From the human T2T-CHM13v2.0 reference genome, Homo sapiens, in NCBI RefSeq assembly GCF_009914755.1, contig NC_060926.1: a stretch of DNA of 64,000 nucleotides. One strand, 5' to 3'. Each line of letters starts with the position of its first letter. The first letter of the stretch is position 1. Positions 13,681 through 26,210 of the stretch are shown here, piece after piece. The translations under genes and the position numbers were made by a program. The notes below the pieces were generated by a model. That model saw only the letters and a program-made list of their open reading frames with translations. It had not been told where the DNA came from and searched no databases.

Positions 13681-14434
13681 AGTAGGCACTCTGAGCTGCC
13701 TATTTTAGGAGCAAAATTCTATGCTCATTTTATCTTTTTCCATATTGGTTACTTATGAAGGCCAAGGAATCTCATTGGAACTCAGGATAGAGTATTGCTG
13801 TGGGAAGATTTTAAGCCCTCTTTGGACATGCACTTTAGCAACTTATACACAGTGGTTGGGAGGAGGAGGGGAAGTACAGATCTTCTCTAATAATGACTGC
13901 CTTGAAGTCTGGTGGTTGACTGCTGACGAATTTGCTCTGTTAGACTGAGCCGAATCCTGGATAGAAGTGAGATAGATTTGTGAGAAATTTATTAGAGTTG
14001 TGACAATTTGGCATCTGCTAGGGCAAAGATTTCAATCATGTGGAGAAAGAAAAGATTGTCAAAAATGTGGAGGAAAAAGATTATGTAAGTCAGTGATGCT
14101 TAGATATATAGTAGGAAAATACATCATATTTTGGAAGCTAGTTTAAGAAACTTCAGTAATTATGAGTCAGATTTATAGCTCATAAAATGTAGTTTTTTTC
14201 TGGAGATCACATCTCACAGTTAAAAGAGAATATACTAAAGAAGCTTATCCCTTCATTTTAAACTAGATGTCATTACCCTAGTCAGATGTTTACTTCTCTT
14301 TATCTGCAACTCAAGATTAACACTGGGGAAAGGAGAAGAAGGACTTCCACCGTTTTAGGAATAGGCATGCAAAGTAAATTTCAGAATCTAAAAGGAAGGG
14401 ACACAGAGAACTATGTTGATTGGACGTAACATTT

Positions 14435-14615
14435 CATATGTGAGGCACTGTGACGGGCACATTATGTCATTTAATCTCCACCATAATATTGTGGGATAGG
14501 CACTACTAGTCCCTGATTTTACAGGTGAGGAAGCAGAGACTCAGAGAGGACAACTGGCTTGCCTCAATTCCTACCACAAGTGAGATCCGAAGACACGAAT
14601 TCAGCTCTAATCTCC
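14435..14615 (-). mobile_element. MIR SINE
   Basis: ATTTTACAGGTGAGGAAGCAGAGACTCAGAGAGG core. Confidence 0.7.
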
Positions 14616-14671
14616 TGTTGTCCTTTTTTTTTTTTTCTGGCTGCAATTATTCCACTGTAACAGACCACTCC

Positions 14672-14845
14672 TGAGACAGCCAGGTGGGAAGGTGGTCCCT
14701 GGAAAAACTCCAACCAGCATGCGCACTGAGAAGGCGCACTGAGGTGGAGTCACAGAAGTTCCCGCCATTTGCAATGGGGAGGAGCCTGACTCCTCCTCTT
14801 CCTGTGTGGAACCTGGGATTCAAACTTCGAGACAGTCCTGCAATA
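14672..14845 (+). mobile_element. MER61 solo LTR with large internal deletion
   Basis: Starts TGAGACAGCCAGGTGGGAAGG, aligns to the first half of 12528-12858, then jumps to terminal AGTCCTGCAATA; flanks CTCC/CTAC. Confidence 0.75.
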
Positions 14846-17800
14846 CTACCATCTTGGATAACCTCTTTCAAATCTTTGTAATTTGAAAATTTTAAAAGTT
14901 ATTGAATTCATTTTGTTCTTTGTTTGTGTGTTTGTTTCCTCAGAGAAAGGAAGCCTATTTAATGCCATGTGAAGGCCTCACTCTTTCTTCCTAGTCTTGC
15001 TCTGGAATGATCTTTGTTAAACTAAAGACAGAGACCTTCCCTCATGGGCAAAAGCCAGCAGGAATGATGAATACCAATGATGCTGTGACTCCATAGTTTA
15101 CAAATTTGAGGAAGAGCTTTGGTCCAGGGCAGGCTTGGGGAAGAAAAGTGACAACCACTCATCTAGGCAGATGCCCTGGGGTGCCGCTGGGGTGGCATGC
15201 CAGCATCCATGGTAAGGTAATTCCGAAGAACAGCAGGACTCATTCATTCATCCCACAGGCCTTCCCAGTCAGGGGAAACGACTTTCAGATGCATTTCCTG
15301 TTAGCCAAAAAAAAATCCCGTAGGGGCATTACCCAAATAGTATTTTTAAAATTCCTTTTTGTGTTTCCTCTAAAAGTACTTTCTTTTGCAAGAGATTTTC
15401 CGGATATGATATCATCCTAAATATTGTTTGACCAATTTCATCACCAATTACTTCAAATCTAGACAGTTTGTCCAGCTTTTACAAGGTAGTTAAGGTCACC
15501 CCAGGAACCAAAATAGTGATGACAGGAACACTTCGATTCCATGGCCAGTGGGAGTCATGTGCAACCTGTCTGCTGGATGAACATTTACTACATAACTCAG
15601 AGATAGAATTAACTGGCTCCGGAGTCATGAGGAACATGTATAAATAAAGCAGTTAAGAAAATTACAACTGGAAACTTGAAATAATGACTTGACTCACTAG
15701 TTCTTCCTGAGTTCTTAACAGTAAACTGCCCAGAATTGTTGCAGAGTTGACACCTCCAAAATTGTCATTTGGTTTCCTGAACACAGTTCAGAGTTCAGTA
15801 CTTCCTACTTCCCTGTCTCAGTTTTTCCTCAATGATTCTCAACCAGAGGAAGCAATACCTCCTCAATCCCTGCTCCCGGGTTCCCCAAGGTGGGGTGTAG
15901 GTGCAGAAAAAAGTTAAATCCAGCTTTACACAGATTTGCTCTTCTATGAGATTCTTGCCTCAAAGATGAGAGAAAATGAGAGAGAATGTTGGCATCTTGT
16001 TGATGAGTCATTTGAGACAATGCTAAGTCATTCTTAGAAAAGCATAAGGAAATAGACATTCAATATTGAAGTTTGGAGTTGGAGACAGTTCCAGAACTTA
16101 TTATGGAAATGGCATTTGCCGTAGATAAAATCTAATTGAGAAAGACAAGTCTCTAGAGAATCTTTTTGGTCCTGAGAAATTTGGGAGCTTCTATCAAAAG
16201 AGCAGGAGGTAGAGACTAGCACCTTTGGCCAGAGTGGCTGGTAATTGATGTCTGTGTCCCTGGTTTGAGAATCCCAGCTTTGTTCAAAGGAAACCCTGGC
16301 TGGCTCTGCCCACTCACTGGACTCAAGAGCCCTCAGCAGTCCATGGAGATGCCAGTTACAACCTTAACAGCATGAGGAGGAAGAGAAAAACCCCACTATC
16401 CACGGATAGTGAGGGAGTGGCTGCTGGAGCCTTTGGGACCACCCAGCCTGGGAAACCTGGGAATCTGCCCTCTCCTGACCAGACCTAGACAACGTGGGCA
16501 AGATTATAAATGGCATAAGCATTTCACAGACCCAAGAAAAGCTGGGGAGGGGAACAATGAGTGAGATCTTGGCAATATTTTGGGTAAAACTGGGGCTAGC
16601 TCTACAGCTGCCAAGTGACCGTGATTGTGTGCATCAGAAGAATCCCACCCCACTGTGGATGAGAAGTTGATCTGGCTTTGGCAGCAGTCTCTTCATTGAT
16701 CATCAGGACTGACCTGACCCACATGGCTGGCTCAGAGGAGGCCCTTTCCCTCCCAGACCAGCAGCCTCTCTTCTTTGACACTTTGTTCCCAACAGATACA
16801 ACTTCTGTTACTAAACCTCCTGGGATATGAGGCCGTTCCTCCCACCTCCCCGCACCCACTTCCTACAGAAAACGGATCAGGATCAACCAGGCCTTTGAGC
16901 CACATTTCAACTCTAAACAGTGATTTGTTTTTACAATAAGGAGTGAGCCAGCACACGCTCCTTTGGAATTTGAAAGGAATTCCTTTGCCCAGAGGGGTGA
17001 TGACTTGGGCATCAATTCGCACTTTCCTGGTAAATGCTCTCCTTAGGAAGTAACCCAGAAAAACCATGCTTAGTCATCAGCAATCACATGTATAAAAATC
17101 ATGAACTTGTCTGAATCACCTTTCTGGTAAGGAAATAATCAACTAGAAGTCAGTTTGAGACAGTTGTTGAAGAATAGTAAGCAACCCTCACCTTCAAGTC
17201 AGCTGCTTCTTTTAATTAGTGACAGTAGAAAAGCATTAACAATTAAGGCTTAACTAAGAAAAACAAAAGAAAAAATAATAATGCAGTATCAGGGGGAGAT
17301 GCAGAAAAAAAGGAAAAATGAACAAGATTATGAAAGCCTGCTGTTATTCATATATTTAAAAAATTCCACATTTTTATAAAGTTCAGTTTAGTAGTTTTTT
17401 TTTTTTTTTTTTGGAGTGTTTACTGTGTGCTAGACAATCTGCTAAGTTCAGGAGGTAGAAAGATGAATAAGACCAAGTATTTCTCCTAGAAAAACTGTGC
17501 TAAGCACATGGTAGACATTCAATAAATGTCAATTCTCTTTTTTCTGCTAGTGAGAAAAATTCCGTATTCATGAATATTTATTGTGATTGCTTAGCGATTT
17601 TTTAAAACAATCTGCTGTGGCAGAGAAGGCTAACTATCCTCCTAAATACATTCTCATCTTATTTGGGCACAGTAATAGACTACATTTCCCAGCCTCCTTT
17701 GCAAATAAATGTGACCGTGTGATTAAATTCTAGCCACTGCCGTGTGATCAGAAGTAATGAGTTGCTTCTGTGCTTAGGATTTGTAATATATGGTCATAGC

Positions 17801-20552
17801 TTCACCATGTTCACACTTTGGGCTACCATGGCATAAAAATAGATTGTTCTTTATCCTGAGGCCCTTCTCTGAAGAATTCTTAAACAGGGAGATAGGCATG
17901 ATCAAATTCACTATGAGTAAAATCCTTCTGGTAGCTGGTAGGAGATGAGTTGCAGGACTGGCAAAGCCACAGGGCAAGCAGAGCAGTTTGCTGGCTATTG
18001 CAGGAATTCAGGGGGAAAATAACGGGGGCCTGAAGTAAACTGCCTCTGGGTATGAAGAAGAGAAAGCTAATTAAATATATTATTGTCAGTCCTCAGTTGC
18101 TAAAAGTTATTTGAAGGCAGATGGGGATGGGAAATGTAGTAGCTTTGTCTCGATCCCATAACTCACTGGACACAGCCAGGGAGAAAGACTCCCACCACTT
18201 TTTCCACTTCCTCCTCTTTCTCCAGCTTCTTCCTCCTCCCCAGCTCTGTTAATTTTCTATTTTTCAAACATCAGGATACACCCTTGAGTGCACATACAAG
18301 GAAGACAATGTTAGTGGAAACTCCAAATTATATGATCACCCTCCACAGCTAAACCATAGTCCAATACCACTGCAAATTATTTATAAAAATGCCTTTAGTC
18401 AGCAATTCTATGATTAGCCTTTGGAAGGAATCTTGCTGGAGAAAAATACTTATCAACAGAAAGCTTGCAAAAGGAATACTTAGCAGAATGCTTTACACTA
18501 GATTGGTTAGACTAGAAGGCAGGAAAAAAGATGAGAAAAGTATTTTAACATAGAATTTATAACAATTTTTGTAATAAGAGGAAGATGTGCAATTTTCAAT
18601 AAAGAACAAATTGCAAAAAGCTTACGCATCAGATTAATCAGGCACCAGAAAACTGCAAAAGGCTTGATGGTCTAAACCATTGCCAGGATACCGTAGAGAT
18701 GCATTTACATACTTGATCTTAATTAGGTAACTTATATCTTCTCAATAGTCCACCATAGCAAAGCATGCTAACATTGTCAGTCTGAACCTCAGAATTTGAA
18801 ATATCTTTTGACTTTGATTTTATAGATATATTTTTCCTTAATGAAACTGGGGAGGGAGAAGCTTTGCAAAAGTTCAGAAATATCTTGTTTCCCATTATTT
18901 AGCTTCAATGTCTTTCCTTTGACCTCACTTTCAGCTGTAAGATTACGGTACACCTTTAGCTACATATGAATATTCCTGGCACTTAATATTTGATTGATTT
19001 GTAAATCCTAAATTAACTATCTAAACTTTTAGGAAAAACTACAAGTCTTACTTTTTGACAAATTTGACTTGGGAAAGAGGAAACCATTTTGGCAGTCTGA
19101 GAGGTTCTAGCTTTGACTATAAGGAAAGGAAATTTTTTAAAAAATGCTTTTCTGTCTCTTGATGTTCTTAGTAGAGAGAAGAATGTTTATTTTTTGAAGA
19201 TAAAATGTAGAGTCAGATTAAGAAGGGAAACATCTGCCAATAGAAACAGCAATGAGAATTAGTTATGTGTCGTGGAAAAAAATAAGATTTAGCCCAACTA
19301 TGTTGATATTACTTAGTAAGATTGGACAACAGAATTGGCAACAATATTTCTTATTGAACTATTTTAAGGAAATCCTATGAAAGTAATTAAAAATAAAAAC
19401 ATTGAATTGCTTCAGCAGAGAGAGTGTGTATTTCTTTTCTTCTACCCTCAACATTTTGCAAATCTATAGTAAGAGCTTGGAAGAAGAATACAAAAAAAAA
19501 AAAAGCACCTCAATATGTGGAACAGATATGGAAGTTAACTGTGAAGCAAGGTTTTATATAGCAAACTTTTTCCCACTGACTTTCTTCTTAAAATGGAATA
19601 TATTCTACTGCTTCAAAACAAAAATGACTTCCAGATGGAAATAAAAATTGAACCCAAGAATGCAACATCTTTTCTATAGCGTACATTTAAAGTAAATTAA
19701 ATTGGCTATGTTACTCATATTAACACAAAAAATACACATGCCAAAAGTGAAAATTATAGAAATGTCAAGCCATTGTGAAAGGGAATAATGCCTTAATATG
19801 TGGCATTTCCAAGTATTTAAGTCTTCACAATATGCTCATAATTCCTACAGATTCAAGTCTATTCCACTTCAAGTTTCTTCTTTATGGTTTGTTTTTAAGC
19901 TTAGTGTCACTTACTAATCTCTATCAATTCAGTTTACACTGAATTTAGGAGTCATTGATCAGTAAATTACTTGAGATCAGTTATAACCACTAGGGGAACA
20001 ATCCACTGTGCCATGATGGTTGTTCATACTTAAGTTGTGGTCGGCAAACCGTTTATTACCAGTCTTAGTAAAGAAACTAAGACTAGGCATCAAGAAACTT
20101 TTATCGCAATTTAATATTGCTATGATATCTAAGCATCCACTCTAAATAGGAATGTTTCATTCAGTTACAAATAGACCAAAATAATAAGCTGAAGATAGAC
20201 GGGACTTCTTTTAAGTCTTTTACCACAAATAGATTGAGAAGTATTGGTCTACATTGATTTAGGAGATATAATCATCATCCAAGTGTGGGGACAGGAAGAT
20301 GCCAGATGGGTAAAAGAGAAATATTTTGATCATCCCAAAGTTTATTTTTTAAAAAACTAAAAGGTTTCCAAAGAGCAAAGGGCACCACTAAAAGCATAAT
20401 CCACCTTCTAAATATATAACTTGGGGTATAGTCAGGGGAAAGCCAGAGCCAAATTGTCAGTCTGGCAGATAATTTTCAAAATTTATTATTAATAATGAAT
20501 AACACAATACATAATAAAATCACTCAAAATTATATTATCCAGAGATAATCCC

Positions 20553-20952
20553 TGTCAGGCCTCTGAGCCCAAGCTAAGCCATCATATCCCCTATGACCTG
20601 CACGTACACATCCAGGTCGCTGGTTCCTGCCTTAACTGATGACATTCCACCACAAAAGAAGTGAAAATGGCCTGTTCCTGCCTTAACTGATGACATTGTC
20701 TTGTGAAATTCCTTTTCCTGGCTCATCCTGGCTCAAAAGCTCCCCCACTGAGTACCTTGTGACCCCCACTCCTGCCCGCCAGAGAACAACCCCTTTTCCT
20801 TTACCTACCCAAATCCTATAAAATGGCTCCACCCCATCTCCCTTCGCTGACTCTCTTTTCAGACTCAGCCCACCTGCACCCAGGTGAAATAAACAGCTTT
20901 ATTGCTCACACAAAGCCTGTTTGGTGGTCTCTTCACATGGACGCTCATGAAA
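20553..20952 (+). promoter_or_regulatory. 5' LTR7 (promoter/enhancer)
   Basis: TGTCAGGCCTCTGAGCCC...CATGAAA; TATAAAA at 20817-20823; ACAAAAGAAG and CATTGTC (20694-20700) SOX-type motifs; AATAAA in R. Confidence 0.95.
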
Positions 20953-20954
20953 TT

Positions 20955-20972
20955 TGGTGCCGTGACTCAGAT
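20955..20972 (+). other. Primer-binding site for tRNA-His
   Basis: TGGTGCCGTGACTCAGAT directly after the LTR; one mismatch to TGGTGCCGTGACTCGGAT. Confidence 0.92.
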
Positions 20973-22641
20973 CGGGGGACCTCCCTTGGGAGATCAATCC
21001 CCTGTCCTCCTGTTCTTTGCTCCGTGAGAAAGATCCACCTACGACCTCAGGTCCTCAGACCAACCAGCCCAAGAAACATCTCACCAATTTCAAATCCAGT
21101 AAGCGGCCTCTTTTTACTCTCTTCTCCAACCTCCCTCACTATCCCTCAACCTCTTTCTCCTTTCAATCTTGGCACCACACTTCAACCTCTCCTTTCTCTT
21201 AATTTCAATTCCTTTCATTTTCTGGTAGAGACAAAGGAGACACGTTTTATCCCTGGACCCAAAACTCCAGCGCCGGTCACGGACTGGGGAAGGCAGCCTT
21301 CCCTTGGTGTTTAATCATTACAGGGACACCTCTCTGATTATTCACCCAGGTTTCAGTGGTGTCAGACCACGCAGGGACGCCTGCCTTGGTTCTTCACCAT
21401 TAGCATCAAGTCCTGCTTTTCTGGGGAAGAGGCAAGTACCCCAACCCCTTCTCTCCGTGTCTCTACCCCTTCTCCACCTTTCTGGGGGGCAAGAAACCCC
21501 CATCCCCTTCTCCTTCACCCTTAGGGGCAAGTCCCACTTTTCTGGTGGAGGGACAAGTACCCCAACCCCTTATATCTCTGTGCCCCATCCCTTATTTCCA
21601 TGCCCCAACCTCTTATATTTCTGTGCCCCGATCCCTCATTTCCATGCCCCGAACTTGTATCTCTGTGTCTCAACCCCTTTCGTGCTTTTCTGGAGGGTAA
21701 GAACCCCCAAACGCCTTCCCTCCGTGTCTCTACTCTCTTTTCTCTGGGCTTGCCTCCTTCACTACTGGCAACCTTCCACCCTCCATTCCTCCTTCTTCTC
21801 CCTTAGCCTGTGTTCTTAAGAACTTAAAACCTCTTCAACTCTCACCTGACCTAAAATCTAAGCATCTTATTTTCTTCTGCAATGCCGCTTGACCCCAGTA
21901 CAAATGCGACAGTAGTTCCAAATAGCCAGAAAACAGCACTTTCAATTTTTCCATCCTGCAAGATCTAAATAATTCTTGTCGTAAAATAGGCAAACAGTCT
22001 GAGGTGCCTGATGTCCAGGCATTCTTTTACACATCGGTCCCTCCCTAGTCTCTGTGCCCAGTGCAACTCGTCCCAAATCTTCCTTCTTTCCCTCCTGCCT
22101 GTCCCCTCAGTCCCAATCCCAAGAGTCGCTGAGTCTTTCTAATCTTCCTTTTCTACAGACCCATCTGACCTCTCCCCTCCTCCCCAGGCTGCTCCTCGCC
22201 AGGCTGAGCTAGGTCCCAATTCTTCCTCAGCCTCCGCTCCTCCACCCTATAATCCTTTTATCACCTCCCCTCCTCACACCGGGTCCCACTTACAGTTTCA
22301 TTCCATGACTAGCCCTCCCCCACCTGCCCAGCAATTTACTCTTAAAAGGGTGGCTGAAGCTAAAGGCATAGTCAAGGTTAATGCTCCTTTTTCTTTATCC
22401 CAAGTCAGATAGCATTTAGGCTCTTTTTCATCAAATATAAAAATCCAGCCCAATTCATGATTCCTTTGGCAGCAACCCTGAGACAATGCTTTACAGCCCT
22501 AGACCCTAAAAGGTCAAAAGGGTGTCTTATTCTCAAAATACATTTTATTACCCAATCTGCTCCCGACATTAAATAAAACTCCAAAAATTAAATTCCGGCC
22601 CTCAAACCCCACAACAGGATTTAATTAACCTCGCCTTCAAG

Positions 22642-22974
22642 ATGTACAATAATAGAAAAAAGTTGCAATTCCTTGCCTCCACTGTGAGACAAACCCCAGC
22701 CACATCTCCAGCACACAAGAACTTCCAAACGCCTGAACCGCAGTGGCCAGGTATTCCTCCAGAGCCTCCTCTCCCAGGAGCTTGCTACAAGTGCCAGAAA
22801 TCTGGCCACCAGGCCAAGGAATGCCTGCAGCCCAGGATTCCTCCTAAGCCATGTCCCATCTGTGCAGGACCCCATTGGAAATCGGACTGTCCAACTCACC
22901 TGGCAGCCACTCCCAGAGCCCCTGGAACTCTGGCCCAAGGCTCTCTGACTCCTTCCCAGATCTTCTTGGCTTAG
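22642..22974 (+). pseudogene. gag: HERV-H gag remnant (nucleocapsid, two zinc knuckles)
   Basis: CYKCQKSGHQAKEC (CX2CX4HX4C) and CPICAGPHWKSDC; upstream gag is interrupted by stops and frameshifts. Confidence 0.88.
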
Positions 22975-23039
22975 CGGCTGAAGACTGACGCTGCCCGATC
23001 ACCTCGGAAGCCCCCTAGACCATCACGGACGCTGAGCTT

Positions 23040-25200
23040 TGGGTAACTCTCACAGTGGAAGGTAAGTCCGTCCCCTTCTTAGTCAATACGGAGGCTACTC
23101 ACTCCACATTACCTTCTTTTCAAGGGCCTGTTTCCCTTGCCTCCATAACTGTTGTGGGTATTGACAGCCAGGCTTCTAAACCTCTTAAAACTCCCCAACT
23201 CTGGTGCCAACTTAGACAATACTCTTTTAAGCACTCCTTTCAGTTATTCCCACCTGCCCAGTTCCCTTATTAGGCTGAGACACTTTAACTAAATTATCTG
23301 CTTCCCTGACTATTCCTGGATTACAGCTACATCTCATTGCTGCCCTTCTTCCCAATCCAAAGCCTCCTTTGTGTCTTCCTCTTCTATCCCCCCACCTTAA
23401 CCCACAAGTATAAGATATCTCTACTCCCTCCTTGGCGACCGATAATGCACCCCTTACCATCTCATTAAAATCTAATCACCCTTACTCCGCCCAATGCCAA
23501 GATCCCATTCCACAGCATGCTTTAAAAGGATTAAAACCTGCTATCACTTGCCTGCTACAGCATGGCCTTTTAAAGCCTATAAACTCTCCTTACAATTCCC
23601 CCATTTTACCTTTCCTAGAACCAGAGAAGATTTACAGGTTAGTTCAGGATCTGCGCCTTATCAACCAAATTGTTTTGCCTATCCACCCCGTGGTGCCAAA
23701 CCCATATACTCTCCTATCCTCAATACCTCCCTCTACAACCCATTATTCTGTTCTGGATCTCAAACATGCTTTCTTTACTATTCCTTTGCACCCTTAATCC
23801 CAGCCTCTCTTCGCTTTCACTTAGACTGACCCTGACACCCATTAGGCTCAGCAAATTACCTGGGCTGTACTGTTGCAAGGCTTCACAGACAGCCCCCATT
23901 ACTTCAGTCAAGCCCAAATTTCATCCTCATCTGTTACCTATCTTGGCATAATTCTCATAAAAACACACCTGCTTTCCCTGCTAATCATGTCCGATTACTC
24001 TCCCAAACCTCAATCCCTTGCAAAACAACAACTCCTTTCCTTCCTAGGCATGGTTAGTGTGGTCAGAATTCTTACACAAGAGCCAGGACCACACCCTGTA
24101 GCCTTTCTGTCCAAATAACTTGACCTTACTGTTTTAGCCTAGCCATCATGTCTCCGTGCAGCAGCTGCTGCCGCCCTAATACTTTTAGAGGCCCTCAAAC
24201 TCACAAACTATGCTCAACTTACTCTCTACATTTCTCATAACTTCCAAAATCTATTTTCTTCCTCATACCTGATGCATATACATTCTGAGCCCCGGCTCCT
24301 TCAGCTGTACTCACTCTTTGTTAAGTCCCACAATTACCATTGTTCCTGGCCCGGACTTCAATCCGGCCTCCCACATTATTCCTGATACCACACCTGACCC
24401 CCATGACTGTATCTCTCTGATCCACCTGACATTCACCCCATTTCCCCATATTTCCTTCTTTCCTGTTCCTCACCCTGATCACGCTTGATTTATTGATGGC
24501 GGTTCCACCAGGCCTAATCACCACACACCAGCAAAGGCAGGCTATGCTATAGTACAAGCCACTAGCCCGCCTCTTAGAACCTCTCATTTCCTTTCCATCG
24601 TGGAAATCTATCCTCAAGGAAATAACTTCTCAGTGTTCCATCTGCTATTCTACTACTCCTCAGGGATTATTCAGCCCCTTCCCTTCTCTACGCATCAAAC
24701 TCGAGGATTTGCCCCCACCCAGGACTGGCAAATGAGCTTTACTCAACATGCCCCGAGTCAGATAACTAAAATACCTCTTAATCTAGGTAGACACTTTCAC
24801 TGGATAGGTACAGGCCTTTCCTACAGGGTCTGAGAAGGCCACCACAGTCATTTCTTCCCTCCTGTCAGACATAATTCCTCAGTTTAGCCTTCCCACCTCT
24901 ATACAGTCTGATAACAGACCAGCCTTTATTAGTCAAATCAGCCAGCAGTTTTTCAGGCTCTTAGTATTCAGTGAAACCTTTATATCCCTTATGGTCCTCC
25001 ATCTTCAGGAAAAATAGAACAGACTAAAGGTCTTTTAAAAACGCACCTCACCAAGCTCAGCCACCAATGTAAAAAGGACTGGGCAATACTTTTACCACTT
25101 TCCCTTCTCAGAGTTCAGGCCTGTCCTCAGAATGCTACAAGGTACAGCCCATTTGAGCTCCTGTATAGACGCTCCTTTTTATTAGGCCCCAGTCTAATTC
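23040..25200 (+). pseudogene. pol: HERV-H pro-pol remnant (protease, RT, RNase H, integrase), disrupted
   Basis: FLVNTEATHS (dead DTGA site), YRLVQDLRLIN, VLDLKHAFF, QGFTDSPHYF, FIDGGS (~24490), PTQDWQ and QSDNRPAF (~24900); many stops and frameshifts, no YxDD seen. Confidence 0.9.
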
Positions 25201-25795
25201 CAGACACCAGACCAACTTAGGCTGTGCCCCAGAAAAACTTGTCATCCCTACTATCTTCTATCTAGTCATACTCCTATTCACCGTTCTCAACTACTCATAC
25301 AAGCCCTGCTCTTGTTTACACTGCCAGTTTACACTGTTTCTCCAAGCCATCACAGCTGATATCTCCAGGTGCTATCCCCAAACTGCCACTCTTAACTCTT
25401 GAAGTAAATAAATAATCTTTGCTGGCAGGACTATGCTGAATCTCCTTAGGCACTCTCTAATCAGATATCCTGAGTCGTCCCAATTCTTAGACCTTTTATA
25501 CCTGTTTTTCTCCTTCTCTTATTCCATTTAGTTTTTCAATTCATACAAAACTGCATCCAGGCCATCACCAATAATTCTAAATGACAAATGTTCCATCTAA
25601 CAACACCACAATATCACCCCTTACCACAAAATCTTCCTTCAGCTTAATCTCTCCCACTCTAGGTTGCCATGCCACCCCTAATCCCGCTCAAAGCAGCCCT
25701 GAGAAACAGCGCCCATTATCTCTCCATCCCATCCCCCAAAATTTTCACTGTCCCAACACTTTACCACTATTTCATTTTATTTTTGTTGTTAATAT

Positions 25796-25808
25796 AAGAA
25801 GACAGGAA
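25796..25808 (+). other. Polypurine tract
   Basis: AAGAAGACAGGAA abutting the TG of the 3' LTR. Confidence 0.85.
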
Positions 25809-26210
25809 TGTCAGGCCTCTGAGCCCAAGCTAAGCCATCATATCCCCTGTGACCTGCACGTACACATCCAGATCGCTGGTTCCTGCCTTAACTGATGACA
25901 TTCCACCACAAAAGAAGTGAAAATGGCCTGTTCCTGCCTTAACTGATGATGTTGTCTTGTGAAATTCCTTCTCCTGGCTCATCCTGGCTCAAAAGCTCCC
26001 CCACTGAGTACCTTGTGACCCCCCACTCCTGCCCGCCAGAGAACAACCCCCCTTATTCCTTTACCTACCCAAATCCTATAAAACGGCCCTACCCCATCTC
26101 CCTTCGCTGACTTTCTTTTCGGACTCAGCCCGCCTGCACCCAGGTGATTAAAAGCTTTATTGCTCACACAAAGCCTGTTTGGTGGTCTCTTCACACAGAT
26201 GTGCATGAAA
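25809..26210 (+). promoter_or_regulatory. 3' LTR7 with ATTAAA poly(A) signal
   Basis: Direct repeat of 20553-20952, about 95% identical by eye; CAGGTGATTAAAAGC in R. Confidence 0.95.

Larger units (their letters stand above)
20553..26210 (+). mobile_element. HERV-H provirus, 5.66-kb env-deleted form
   Basis: Two LTR7 direct repeats, His PBS, gag zinc knuckles, pro/RT/RNase H/IN remnants, PPT; perfect TSD ATCCC at 20548-20552 and 26211-26215. Confidence 0.98.

Noticed and set aside
12528-14845. MER61 pair as the two LTRs of one provirus, and as p53 response elements
   Set aside because: Separate TSDs, no PBS or internal ERV sequence; no paired RRRCWWGYYY half-sites seen
17679-17693. ZNF143-like ACTACATTTCCCAGC motif as a promoter sign
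   Set aside because: It lies in an old ERVL/MaLR LTR fragment where this motif is common, with no CpG island nearby
20823-20936. N-terminal part of the 163-aa ORF starting at ATG 20823
   Set aside because: This ATG overlaps the end of the TATA box, upstream of the expected LTR TSS, so it would not be in LTR-initiated RNA; only the ATG at 20937 is considered
22642-25200. Functional gag/pol or replication-competent HERV-H
   Set aside because: Many stops and frameshifts, protease DTG changed to NTE, no RT YxDD found, env almost entirely deleted
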